The translations under genes and the position numbers were made by a program. The notes beneath the pieces were generated by a model. The model searched no databases, had not been told where the DNA came from, and saw nothing but the letters and a program-made list of their open reading frames with translations. From Epiperipatus broadwayi (Eukaryota; Animalia; Onychophora), in NCBI GenBank assembly GCA_028023455.1, contig JAQFVV010000007.1, positions 4,092,001 to 4,156,000 of the forward strand: a DNA stretch of 64,000 nt, given 5' to 3'. Positions 12,421 through 25,627 of this stretch are shown here, piece after piece. Numbering within the stretch: position 1 is the stretch's first letter; each line of letters begins with the position of its first letter.

Positions 12421-13379
12421 GAAAAATGCTGAGATTTTCATTTCGAATGTAATTTAAGTATTAAAAAAATATAAAATGAGAAATTAAAATAGTTTTTTAA
12501 AAAATATACTAAAAAAACAAAATTATTTTCGAAAAATATTGAAGATTTTAGTAAAAATATTTAAGATTTAGCAAAAAGAAATCTTTACTTTTCCAGAACG
12601 TAAAATTGAAAAAAAGCGTTTGCGTCAGCACTTTTTTGTTTAGACATTCGCTTTATATTTGCCGAAATTGAATATATTTTATAATAAATAAATAGCAATT
12701 TATTTTTGAAAGAACTTTCATTCTCTTTCATAACCTGAAAAATTAGTAATATACTTTTTATAAACGTATCTGAGTTGAATTTAATATTATAGGTGAATAT
12801 GTTTTAACAATAGGCTTTGTCTTCAGTTTGTGAGTTGGCCAATTAAAAGATTTGATTTTTACCTCATACAACCAATAATATAATTAGAGGTTAAAGGGTT
12901 AATCCAAAACTAATGAAATGAAAAGCAGTACTAATACATGATATTCCTGGTATTTAGAAACATTTTAAGAAATTTGAACTAAACTTGCAAATCATTTGAA
13001 ATCATTAACAGACTTTGAAAATCGTTTAGACTTGAATGAAATGAATAACAATTGAAAAAATATATATATATATAAAATAATAATAATAATAATAATAACT
13101 GGTACTAAACAACAATAATTTACTAGTAATTTTTTTACTGAGACAAGACAATGTATAAATAAAAGCAGGAAGATGAAAATTTTTAAAAATAATCCTTTAA
13201 AAAAAGTTTTGTGAAATTGTATGAAAAAGAATTAATAATGATATAAAAAAATGTAATTGTGAATTGGCAAGAAAAATTATAAAAGAAAATTAAAATCTCT
13301 TAAGTATATAGAAATACTAAAAGAAGGATATTATGAAATGTGTGAAAGAATTATACAAATAATTAAATAGTAATAAAAA

Positions 13380-14600
13380 ATAAAGAAAACAAATTAATCA
13401 CTACGGTTATTATATATTCTGAATTGCCAAACATTTTAAAGGAAGAAGGGAGACAGGCAATTAGAGTTCTAGGAAATGATGGAATTATTATTGATATTTT
13501 AAAAGAAGCAGATAAGAAAACAGAAAAACTGTTTGCAAGTAAATGTCTAAATGATAAAGATGTAATAGATGATTGGAAAACTGCAGAACTAATATTGAAT
13601 TTTAAAAGAAATGATAATAAATTGAAATTACAAACCTTTTAATTTTCCAACAGTTCTATACAGAATTCTTACCAAGATAATTACAATTCATTTCCAGTGA
13701 ATCTTGGATTCTAACCAATTAAAAGAACTTGCTGACTGCATAAAAAGTTTTAAATGAATTTACACAATGAATCATATAAAGGTTTAAAAAAAGTTATAAA
13801 ATTATAAAAAAGGTCGATTAATATGTTATTTTGTTTTGATATAGATTATGAAAAGACATTTGATTCTATAAATGTTTCCATAGTGATTGAAGTTTTGAAG
13901 CATTAAGATATAGAATACTGTCATATTCTGAAGAATATTTATCAAAATGCAAAAGCAATAATTGATTACATGGTGATACTAAGAAGATTAATATTGAGAA
14001 TAGTGTATAATAGAGTGATTCCATATTTCTAAAACTTTTTACAGCAGTTTGCAAGATGTATTTTGTTAATTAAAATGGGAAGTTAAAAGATTAATATAAA
14101 TAGAAACATAATGTATGGAACTAATTATAGGATTAAATGTTCATGGAGTGCTTTTTGAAGAAATATCTTTGTAATAAAGGGAAATATATCTATATGTTTG
14201 AAAAAAAAAGTTTTTACTAATTTTTATTTATGTATTGAAGATTTGGACTCTTAACAAAAGAACATTTTATAGCTTTCAAATCACTGAATAAAGTTTGGAG
14301 ATAGGTATGTTATGAATAACAAAAAGAGAAGTGAAATATATTGGAGAGAGAACAAACAGATATCACTGAAAGAAATAAGAGACTGAAATGAAACAGAAAT
14401 AGATATATTGCTAGAAGAGATCATATTAAATGGATAGTTGAAGTCTTAAATTGGATATCAAGAAATTATAAAATATTTAGAAAAAGACTACATGTGAAAT
14501 AAATGACTAAAATACAAAAATATCCTTTTGTAGTATGGAGGAGAGAAACTAAGGATCAGAAAACTGGATTAAACTTGGAGAAATCTTTTTTGTACAGTGG
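13380..14600 (+). pseudogene. RTE-clade LINE reverse transcriptase remnant
   Basis: GNDGIIIDILKE...KCLNDKDVIDDWKTAELILNFKRND, then YRILTKII, LDSNQ, DIDYEKTFDSI and NIYQNA in shifted frames. Probably the same element as 11350-12105. Confidence 0.75.
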
Positions 14601-14665
14601 ATCAATAATGATTAAAAATAATTGTAATGATGATGATAATGATAATATACAAAATGAGAGAAAGT

Positions 14666-14669
<4 letters not shown>

Positions 14670-14747
<78 letters not shown>
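14670..14747. repeat. (TA)n microsatellite
   Basis: Directly visible. Confidence 0.98.
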
Positions 14748-14750
<3 letters not shown>

Positions 14751-14875
14751 TTTGTATATTGGACTATTTTCATCATCTAGTATTGAGTATCAACTGTCTT
14801 TAAAAAAATTTAACTTTTATTTAAATTTTTAAAGTACATTCAACTACTAGTAATACCCCACAGATTAGTATATGG

Positions 14876-15272
14876 ACATCATTCCCAGTGATATTATTCT
14901 ACTCTTTTCTTTGGGTGTTTCTGGCCTGACCAGTGAAAGTACTAACATGGGAATTGAACCAGGACTCTTAGATTCTTGAGTATTGAATTTTAAGATAACA
15001 CTCTAACCAACTGAGCTATTCTATTCTCTCTTCTTCAGGTGTTGCTGGCCTAACCAGTTACAGTACTAGCATGGGAATCAAAACAGGATTCTTACATTCT
15101 TGAGTATTGAATTTTAAAATAACACTCTAATCAATTGAGCCATTCTATTCTTCTCTCTTTGTCAGTTGTTGATGGCCTGACTAGTGGCAGTACTAGGATG
15201 GTAATCAAACCTGGAACTTTAGGTTCATGAATATTGAATTTTAAGGTAACACTCTAACAATTTGAGCCATTC
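14876..15272 (-). repeat. Three tandem ~125-bp family B modules (tRNA-like A/B boxes plus the 5' half of a hammerhead)
   Basis: Landmark (c/a)tggcc at 14921, 15045 and 15172. The minus strand shows A-box TAGCTCAGTTGGTTAGAG, B-box GGTTCAATTCC, then ggccagcaacacCTGAAGAAGAG. The terminal unit ends in a decayed full hammerhead (14876-14918). Confidence 0.75.
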
Positions 15273-15760
15273 TTCTAAAGGCAACATTCAGTAGAAATAT
15301 CATATACTTATCTATGAGGCTCCTTCTGATTTCTCCACTGTTTCCTAAGAGTAAAGTTAATTAGTGGTTTCCATACATTATTTATTGTTACACTAGACTG
15401 ACTTATGAGGTTATTCACTATTGTCATGTGAGAAGCATCTTTGAATTTTCTTTTTTATACTCTTTCCTCTCTATCCAATATTTATATAAATGTTCATTGT
15501 TAGTAGACAGCAAGAGATTGGCTTTCTTCATCACTCATATAAAATGTATTGCTGTAACAGTATGTAATATAATTTAATATATTTTTTAATTGCCTAGTAT
15601 TTTTTGAAATATATTTATTAGAATACAAATATGGCAGCTTTATTATTATTGTTAGAATATAAAAATTTCAAATATACTTAAATCATATTAATTTCATTTC
15701 TTTCATAATGATCATCCCCTTTTATTGTTAACTAAACAGAAATTAGAAAACTCCATTATA
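15273..15760 (-). pseudogene. Penelope-like element 3' coding remnant joined to the family B modules
   Basis: The minus strand contains tggaaaccactaattaac (WKPLI), also present at 25441 in the PLE remnant. Homologous to ~20335-20760. Confidence 0.55.
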
Positions 15761-18700
15761 TTGATTTCCTCTGTCAGAATTAAGTGGAATAATAAAAAAA
15801 GGTTTATTCAAAGAAAGTTTGCAGAAATTAATTCAATCTTATTCAAATTCTTGAAGATATTCTCAAGTAATTTTTAAAAGTTAAGAGAATGGTTTATTTC
15901 TTGGGAGTTCATAAGAAGATGAGCAATAGAAATGACAGTCCTGGATCTTGATCCATGGACCAAAATCTGCCATTTTCCCACCTTTTCAAATTGTGTAGGG
16001 TATTCTTGGATAATAAAATAAAACAATGAAAAATCTTCTTAAAAACTTTATTTTCAGAATAATTTTTAGATTAAAAAAATTTTGCAATAAAATATAAATA
16101 TGTATAACTTTTAAATATTAAAAAAAAAAGAATAGAGCATTAGTTTAATGTCTATTGACTCATGGTATAAGGCACAAAAATCAGATGTTATAGATATATA
16201 AAATTTGACAGGAAATAGTTAAACTCTCGATATTAAATAAAACAATTGGAGTTAGAAGATAGGAACCAGAAATGACCACACGAGATTCAATTAAAGAATC
16301 ATTAGCTTTCAAGTTCACAACTCTACACCTGTGCTCAAATGAACAAGGCATTAAGGTCATGTAGTCATATCCTTAGGAGTTCATATAGTATTTTCAAGAA
16401 CCAGAAATGATAGATTGTATTTTGTCCAAAAAATTTTAATTCTCATATCCACCCATCTGCTTTTGTCTTAAACTGCACAGAAATTGCAACCATTGTTAAT
16501 TTGTACTTGTTTAATTTTTTTTTTTAACTAAACATTTCTCCTCACTTGTACTTGGTGATAGTTTACATATTTATATTTTAAAAATAATTTTTTAGACATA
16601 CTCAAAACTATTACTCCACTACACATTTTTGAAATTTATGAATAAAAATATTGGACATGGGCCATGAAGAGTGCTGGTTTAACATGCCTGGAGTTATCTT
16701 TTTCAATTGCTTTTATTGATATGTTTCAAGCATGTATGGCAGCACGAAAGTTTTAAATATTTTTTTAAAAATGATATTACACATGTAACAAAAGAGATGT
16801 CCAAATGTTTATGCTTAATTTAAAACAAGCAGGTGTATTAATCTTTAATTAATGTTTAAAAATCATTTAGTGATATAATAATCTCTAATATAGTGAATGA
16901 TTAATAGTAATCATTACATATTTATGTAAAGTGAATGGTCTCAAAATTGCACATGAAGAAAAGTTGACATTTGTAGACTAGCTTGTAGCCAAAATGCAGT
17001 TCAAAGTTTATATGTGGGCTTGGAAAGATATAATCATGTGTGCACTAATAAATGATTAGTGATAATTATTTATATGAAGTGAATGGGTGACTGCAGAAAG
17101 TTTGATACTTGTTTTCAATTTGCACTAAAAACAATAATTTAATGTTTATATCTGAATTGAGTGATGTAACAATCTCTAGTCTAATAATAATTAATATATT
17201 TATCCAAAATGGATGGTGTAAGTGCAGAAAATTTAGTCCTTATAAATCATATTGTAGCCATTTGAAAAAAAAATTTTAATATCTAAGATTTTAAAAAAAA
17301 AAAATCAAGTCAGATGTCATATGACCTAATTTAACAAGCTTGTATTACAAAGAGCTTGCAAATAAGTTCTTAACAAGCTTTGCAGAATATCCCCAACCCC
17401 AGACCGGTTTTTGCTACTGGCTTCCTCAATGAGGTGCTAGGATATCTAAGATTTAAATTAATCCTAATGTTTTATCTTGTATTTTATGCAAATTATTTCT
17501 ATCTACTTTTCTAACAGCAGTTAAAGGTTTAAGTCAGAATTATGAGCTTTTTAAAAAACTTGATGATTAGCCATTAAAAGTAATCAAAATAATTATAAAA
17601 ATAGATTGACACAAGTTATTCCTCTATTAAACAAATCCAAAAAAGTACACGAGCCCAAACTAGTTTTTAACTAAAATGAATTTTATGTCATTTGAAAAGC
17701 AATTATGCAATAATTTTCAATATTTTTTTTAACGATGGCTTGAATAAATAATTAAATGAATTAATATTTAAATTAAATCTAAGATAAAATTAAATTATAG
17801 AGATTATTCGAAAAATTAAAGGGAATAGAATATTTAAATATTAAAATATATCCTACAGTGACCCACTGGTCATGTTTTTGTAACCGATAGTGACAGAATT
17901 AATAAAGACCGTAATCTGTTTTCATTATTGATCAATTAGTAAATTGACTAAACTATAATACACATTTTTCATTTTATTCATATTTTTACTAAAGCAGTCC
18001 TATCTGCCATTTTTGATAGCAAATTTAAGCCATTAAATGTTATCATTGAAGAATTATAAGAGGATTATAATTAAGAATGCCATTATCATGATAAATAGTA
18101 GAATTATTATGAGAAGATAACTTTAAATGTATTGAATCTATTTTTGAAAAGACTGTTATCCAAAAATAAAACTTTCTGTTAAGTGAGGCGTAACAAATTA
18201 CGAGAAGAAATACGTTGATTAATATAGATATTGCTAAGTAACATTGAACGATTTAAAATTAGCAAATCTGTTTTTCATGATAAAAAATGATTTAGTAATG
18301 TAACAAGTTATAAAATAAAATCACATTACTCAAAGCTGAGCTCAAAGATCATATCAATGCAAATATATTTTGTAGTGTTTTTTTTTTTTATTATTTATTT
18401 CGCTAAAAAAAAAAAAAAAACTCGAGCTGGATTTCATTATTAAGGATTTTTTTAAAAAATCGAATCATACTTTAAAATTGATATATGTATATAGTTTTTG
18501 GTAAATACAAATATAGAAAAAAAAATGTTGGTCATTATTTTGAATACTTTTTTTTTAAAAAAAAAAAGTTTACCTATTGTTTTTATAAGTAAGAATAATT
18601 TGGAATTGGGGTCATAAATAAATAAGTAATCCGATGGTTTTTATTGTTCAGAAGTTCACGAGAAGTTTGAGTACCGGAAGTAGCAAACCTTCAACCTACG

Positions 18701-19139
18701 TCTCCGGAATCTGACAATCATAAATGACAAAACAAAATTGAACAATAATCCATATACTGTTGTAGCAAACAAGTATAACATCTCCATTTTGCCTTTTTAT
18801 ATTTGGAGATTTTATAATAGATATTATTCCCTTAGCAAATATATCTTAAGTTCTTTGGCCAAAGGCAGGTAGAAAAACAAAGAAATAGTACAATCGAGAG
18901 AGAGAGCATTTGATCATCATCAGAAATTAGTTTGTCATTCTTTTAACATAATTTATTCTAGCGCTCATGATTAAGACATCAACATGAATAGTAATCTAAA
19001 ATGATTGCTTGGAGATTTGGATGATGACATTTTACTTGTTCTTATTTGTTGGAGTATTTCTTTTATCTACCATTAAATATCGAATGTCTTTAGAAAAAAA
19101 TCAAACTTGATTTAAATTTCCCCAATTACATTCAGGTTT

Positions 19140-19305
19140 GTTATACACAACATTTACACAACGTTTCGAGTGGAATTATTCTCTTCTTGTCTTCAGCTGT
19201 TGCTAGCCTGACCAGTGCCAGCACTAAAAAGGGAATCGAACCTGGACCTTTAGATTCTTTAATTATTGAATTTTTAGAGTAATGCTGTAACCGATTGACC
19301 CATTG
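19140..19305 (-). mobile_element. Family B copy: tRNA-like head plus hammerhead remnant (19156-19200)
   Basis: Minus strand: A-box-like tgggtcaatcggttacag, B-box GGTTCGATTCC, then acag CTGAAGA...CCACTC GAAA CG TT GTGT. The 5' strand of stem II is altered. Confidence 0.75.
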
Positions 19306-20164
19306 GAAATAGTCTAACATATAAATAAAAGTAATTTAAAATCTTTATTTTTAGGATCTTTTTTTTTTTTTGGGAAAGTATAACATAAAATCATTGTATA
19401 TTTACAAAAATAAAGCAATTAATTATTCAGTACATATATTAAAGTTTTTTATTTTTATCAGAATGTCTTTCACTTTAGCTCAGTCTTATTGCAACCAAAA
19501 TCACACCAACCTCTCTCAATCTGAATGTATTTTGAAACATCTGTGCTGTAATTTAACTTCAAATACACATTATTATTATTTTTTGATATACGATATGTAA
19601 ATTTTGCTTCATGTATATATTTTTATATTTCAAAGTTCTATTCCAGTGCACATTCCTGGAACCCTCAAGAAGCATATTTTATGCATACACACATATATGA
19701 TTGCTCATTCAAATATTTATTGATATTCAAGAATTTAAATATTGAGTTAAGTACAACAATTCCAATCAATTATCTGAACAGAATTTGGCCAACAAAATTT
19801 CTTCACCTGGGAATTAACTGAGAAATCATTAGCAGTTTTATCATGGCATTAAACCATGTCAGGTGCCTAATGTAAAATCATTTTAGAGTAGAAATGAAAT
19901 GGATTCTGCCTAATGTTCATATTATTTATTTTAATTAATCTTAAGCAATTTAAAAAAATATATGACAGAGAGGGAATACAAAATGCTAAAATACAGGTGT
20001 TTTTTATGGTAGAGGTTTCAAATATTCACCTGTCATTAGAATTTGTAGTTTTATGTGAAATTACTTTCATTATCTTGTTTAATTATTAAATGCTTTCTAA
20101 AAAAAATTCAAACTGCATTTATTTTTTCAATTACATTTAATTGCTAGTAATAGCACACATATTA

Positions 20165-20760
20165 GTACAAAACGTAACATTTTGATTAATTGTATTTTCT
20201 TAACCTCTTTAAAAGTTTCTCATCTGACCAGTAACAGGATTAACATGGAAATAAAATGGATGACTTTTAGATTCAGGAATAATGAATTTTTAAGATGGTG
20301 GCCAGTCAGCCAGGCTGTTCTGTTTAAAGTCAAGCTCAGTAGAAATTTTATATCATATCTACAAGAACCCTCCTGATTTTTTCATTTTATGGACAATCAT
20401 TAGTATCAAAATAATACAGATTATTTCCCTAGAATTGACTAATGGGTTATTTGCCATTATTACATGAGTAGCTCCCCCCCCCTTTTATTTTTTATTTTTC
20501 CTCCTTGTCCAATATTCTTATGTTTTCCCAATTGAATATATGTTTATTAGTATAGGCATTGTCTGCTATTTGAGATATAACTATTTTCCTCTACTTATTG
20601 TAATGTGTTCTTTTGTTTTTTAATGAAATACTCATTTTCAGTAACATATATCCTTCCACACATAAAATTTTATCAATGCAATTTTTATTTTTTGACATTT
20701 AAAGTTTAACTTGTTTAGCAAAATTTTCTATTCTCACTACTTTTATCATGTTCTTTATTA
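20165..20760 (-). mobile_element. Strongly decayed family B / PLE 3' copy
   Basis: ctgaccagt...catggaa...ttagattc...gaattttaag, followed by tcagtagaaat...atcata, parallels 14900-15540. Confidence 0.55.
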
Positions 20761-21039
20761 ATTTCCTAAAGTACTGAGATATTGTGTTAGTCACATGATG
20801 TTTGAAGTATTATAAAAGTTAAGTTGTTTTAGAGTGTTATAGCTTTGGAAAGCTAATCCAATGTTATATAATTTGTACATTTTGTTTAATTTCTATGCTA
20901 TTTTAATACATACAGATATACTATAATATCTATCTTTTTTTTCTTCATTATATTTAAGTCTGAAAAAAAATTGAAACATTTTTTCATTGAGAGAATAAAA
21001 AGAAGTTGTATGGAGTGATATCGACTGAACATAGCTGAT

Positions 21040-21612
21040 GAATAAGCTGGATCATCATAAATTTAAGTAAAAATTGTTTCACATTCAAAGCTTTGTGTGC
21101 TAATGTGCTTTCATAGTAAAATTTGCACTCTTCATTTTGCTACAAAATGGGATGTTTACATTTTGTTGCATCACTCTAATATTTCAGAACTCTTAGATTT
21201 TAAATGCCTGATCGTTACTAATGATGTCATTTGCATCTTAAAAAACAGAATTATTTTGACATTAAACTTCACTCACCATGCTCTTTTAGAATGTGGTAAG
21301 TTTGACTCTTCCACTCATCTACTCATAAACTTGTGTTTTTCTCTGAGAAACTTGCTTGTAAACTGTTTTCAACATTACAACTGTTTTCCCTGCTGTTTTC
21401 CTTAAAATAAAACAGAATTTTACATTGCTCCAACTTTTCAGCCATTACAAAAATTGACATGTTCTATTTGGCACAACAATTTTATACAGTGTTGTCATTT
21501 GAAAGATTAATGCATAAGGGTCCCTGCATGAGATATCTAACAGCAGAAGTATGTAGTATAACAAGAATATCTTCCAGATAACAATTCCAGTTATTTTTGG
21601 TCTCCCCTCATA
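21040..21612 (-). mobile_element. Internally deleted mariner-like element
   Basis: The terminal sequence (reverse complement tatgaggggagaccaaaaataactggaattg) matches 60661. Internal parts align with 60661-61285 and show mariner-like peptide fragments. Confidence 0.7.
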
Positions 21613-22170
21613 TATAGAATTCTTTGAATAAAATCAAGGAATGATTACAGGTTCATCATGATCACTCTTGTTTAGAAACATTTATGTAGAGCAACTTTAA
21701 ACCACATCATAAATACTTTTCCAGCCTCAACAAAGTCTGGATTTATGTCAGTGAGTCATTTGTACTATACACATGTTAAAGCACTGTCATTGGACACATT
21801 TTAGTAGCACATCTCCTTTAATTAAATTTACAATAGAAATAAAACCAAGAACAAAAATTGGCATTATTAGATAATCTCAAATCTCTCTCATGGCAAAATT
21901 AAAACTATTGTTTACAGGAAACTTTTACTCACAATAAAACACTTAAGATATATAACCAGTAATGATAGAAACACAAAAATGAAGTTATATTATCACTATA
22001 GATTAGAATAAAGTAGTTTGTTCAAAAGCCAGTGATGTGGAAAATGAAAAAATCTACATAGAACAAATTATTTTAAAGAATGGATATCCTTTAACAAAAT
22101 CTTAAACAGACAACAACAATATCAACAAAAAACATAAAATACATGATGAAGTACAACAGTGTATCCATAA

Positions 22171-25038
22171 CAGTGTTCCCTCTAAGCTGTGCGTGTGTGC
22201 CCATGCAAATAAATTTTAAACATAGCGCACAATTTTTTTTACGTGCAGAAAATAAAATTGCACCTGCATATGAAATCCATATAAAAAAACAAAATGAAAA
22301 AAAATTGAATCAAATGTAGTTTAGATTTAAATAAACTGCCAACTATAGTATTTGTGTATAGGTATAGATGGCAGCACATTTATCGTTGATGAGAAACAAG
22401 GCTGGGAATTACCGTAATGCTTGTACGCCATACGTAAAGATTGCATCATCTTTTATCAGTGTTAAAATTGCCATAGTTTTGTTAAAATTTAAAGTCAAAA
22501 TCATTACCAGCTTTTATTATTGAATATATGTATTTCAGTGATATAATTTTATGAAAATAAATATTTTTAAAAGTATTTTTACAGTATAGGGTTAAAAATG
22601 AGTCTGAAAAGAAAAAGAACAGCTAATGAATTTAAAATTGAGTGGCTTAATGAATTCATGGAAACTGATACTCCAAAAAGTCATGATCAGTTACAAATTC
22701 AGTTAAAAGAAATATTTGTATTTAATGAAGAAAAGGGTGTGATTTGTAATTACTGCCAAGATGGAGAGGTACATAGTGATTTTGTTAGTGGAAAAATGTG
22801 GGATTGCGTGTGGAAATTGGACTTTTTAAAACAGCATTTAATTAGTAAATCACACTTAGAAAGTGTACAAAAACTGAAAAATAAGAATGCTTCATTATCA
22901 GCAACTGGTTTGGTACGGTTTTTAAAAGAAACACCAGAAGATCATGAGGAAAAGAAATCAAACCCTGAGGAAGTAAAAATTTTAATTGATAATCTATTAT
23001 TGGCAATTAAAATGAGCATATCTTTGCTTTTGGTTCAAGAAATAAATAATAACATGGCAAAATATGTCCATATTCCAGAAAGTTGGCATAGTAAAAACTA
23101 TGCTTTTTCATTTTTGGAAGTGGTGAATACTGTTGTAAAAAATGAAATAATAAATGAAATTAAAATGGCACATTTTCATACTTTAATTGTTGATGAAAGC
23201 ACAGACATTTCTACAACCAACTGTTTAATTTTATATTTTAAGTTTAGAAAATCTGATCAATATAAAACTGTTTTTGGTGGGATAATCCAATTAAAGACAT
23301 GTGATTCCTCTTCAATTTTTTTCTGCAATTGTAAACAATTTTATGAAGATAACCAAATTGATTTGCAAAAGCTGGTTATGTTTACATCTGATGGTGCATC
23401 CATAATGATTAAAAAACGAAATAGTGTAGCAGCTAAATTAAAGCAGAATGTACCACATTTGGTGCAACAACATTGTGTTGCACATCGAGAAAATTTATGT
23501 ATTTTGGATGCATGGAAAGAAGTAAAAGCCACAAGAGAAATCGAAACTGTGGTGAGAATTGTTTATACATTATTCTTGAGATCCATGACAAAAACAAGTA
23601 AATTTAAAGAGATTATTGAAGCTTCACAAAATAAATCTATAGCTTTCCAAGCTATTAATGAGGTGAGGTGGTTGTCAAGACATTTTGTAATAAAAGCAAT
23701 TATTACAAATTATGAATCATTAATTGAATATTTTAATCAAGATAAAGATGATACAATTTCCAAATTTTGTTTGAAAAAGTTAAGCAACACTGAATTTCAA
23801 ATAAATTTAGAACTTTTGTCTTCAATTTTAGAAGAACTCAGTGCTTTATGTCAAATTTTTCAATGCCATGAATTAACACCCATAGATGCTTTTCAATTTG
23901 CTCATGCAAAAATGAATAAAATCAAGGAAAAAACATCTTTGAAACATGGCATGGAACAATAAAATAAGCATGCTTTTAAAAAAGGCTAATGATTTAAATA
24001 TAACTATAAAAACAGATGATATGTTAAAATTTAGTAATTCATTATGTGAAAATTTGGAAAAAAGGTTTCCAATGGATGAAGTAGATGATTGAATATTCTT
24101 TGATGTTTCCAGTTTATTATCCTGCAATTTTAATTATGGACTAGTGGAAATTGAAAAATTATGTTTAAAATATAATGCTTTTCTTACAGATAAATCTGTT
24201 ATAAGCGAACAGTATAACGATTTTAAATATGCAGTATGGGAAAGAATTAAAATTAAACAAATAAAAGATTTTGAAGAAATTGTTATGTTTAGTTTGAATA
24301 ATGAACAATTTAAAGATCTATCCAAATTACTAGATATCGGAGGCACTTTTCTGGCCAGTAGTGCGGATTGCGAGTGCGGTTTTAGTTTGATGAATTTGAT
24401 TAAAACAAAACAAAGAAATCGATTGCAAGAAAACCATATGGATATGCTGATGAGAGTAAAATCATATATGAATGATGGAAACAATGCAAATTTAAGTAAA
24501 GTTTATGCAGAATGTTTAAAACCAAAAGACAGGTGAGAGAAGTTATAAAATAAATGTCATTAATAACAAATGTAATTCTTAATTCTAGAATTGTTCAATA
24601 GTAAGTAATTGTGAATTGTTGTTCTTGTTTGTTTGTTTTGACAAATGTGTTAATTGAAAAAAATAGAAGCAGACAACGTTTTTACATTGTAAGTATTTAA
24701 ATTTTCTTATTTTTCATTTGAATGGAAAAGGGAAGCCACAGTAATCAGCTAAATTCTGTCTTCACGAACTAATGATTTGACTTGATTTTAGAGTAGTTTT
24801 TTCAATGTGCTCTGTTGTAATGTATGTAGTACAACTTACAAGTGGTATGCTGTAAGATTGAGTCAATGTGTATAAGTAGGTACAAAATTTGGCTGAATAT
24901 TAATACTATTCTTGTATTGTTTTTTTTTTTATTATATGCACTTTTTTAAATTGCGGCACAAAATTTGTTAATTTTGAAAAAACTGCACACACTTAAAAAA
25001 GTGCACACACAGGTCACAAAAAATTAGAGGGAACACTG
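22171..25038 (+). mobile_element. hAT DNA transposon, 2868 bp
   Basis: Perfect 15-bp TIRs CAGTGTTCCCTCTAA (22171-22185) and TTAGAGGGAACACTG (25024-25038). 8-bp TSD ATCCATAA at 22163-22170 and 25039-25046. GCACA-like subterminal repeats. Confidence 0.97.
22598..24536 (+). pseudogene. hAT transposase (ZNF862/C17orf113-like type), disrupted
   Basis: The 454-aa ORF has VDESTD, TSDGAS, HCVAHRENL (CxxH) and EVRWLSR. The C-terminal hAT dimerisation segment SADCECGFSLMNLIKTKQRNRL is in ORF 24144-24536. There is a frameshift near 23940-23965 and an in-frame TGA near 24090. Confidence 0.92.
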
Positions 25039-25586
25039 ATCCATAATATATTTGGAATACAAGACAAATTTAAAAAAACATATAATAAAATATCAGAACA
25101 TCTTTTCAAACCATAGCTCACTGCAAGGAAATTTAAACTTCATAAAACAAAAACTTCAAATGCTAAAATATAAAAACCACATTTATGAAATATCATGTCA
25201 TGGTGGAAGGTTATACAGCAATGAAATTAGCTGTCTCAATTAAAAATGATTAAATAGACAGGGAAAAATAGCTGTGTCTAAAGTTTTAAACCATAAAATA
25301 TGCCAAAGATATATATTTAATTGGGAAAAGACAAGAATATTAGCAAAAAAAAAGCAAAAAGAAAAAAAAGAAAAAAAACTGCTCACATATCCATGACAAA
25401 TAATTCTATATACCAGCCTAGTGTGATACTCCATATTATTTGGAAACCACTAATTAACCTCACCCCTAAAAAGAAATGTATTTAATATAATAGGCTGATT
25501 AGTTAGAGTTTAACTGTAAAAATAATATTCATGACTAATAAAGGTCACAGTTCAATTCCCATGCTAATACTGTCACTAGTCATCAA

Positions 25587-25627
25587 CTGAAAGAGAGAGG
25601 GAAATAATAGCACTTGAAATTTTGTCT
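25587..25627 (+). ncRNA. Decayed family B hammerhead at the PLE 3' end
   Basis: CTGAAAGA GAGAGGG AAATAATA GCACTT GAAA TT TT GTCT aligns to the family B consensus. Confidence 0.55.

Noticed and set aside
14503-14748. ORFs ending in (YI)n or (TYLP)n (also 42595-42789 and 9287-9491)
   Set aside because: These are artefacts of microsatellites.
14876-15272. CRISPR-like array or true tRNA genes
   Set aside because: The units are wholly repeated with no unique spacers, and the context is eukaryotic. The tRNA-like parts lack a complete cloverleaf.
16664-16706. gaagagtgctggtttaacatg...ttatctttttcaa, resembling the family A stem II region
   Set aside because: Too short and decayed to call as a copy. 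At most it is a very old fragment.
23341-24484. Minus-strand ORFs overlapping the hAT transposase
   Set aside because: These are antisense shadows of the transposase frame.
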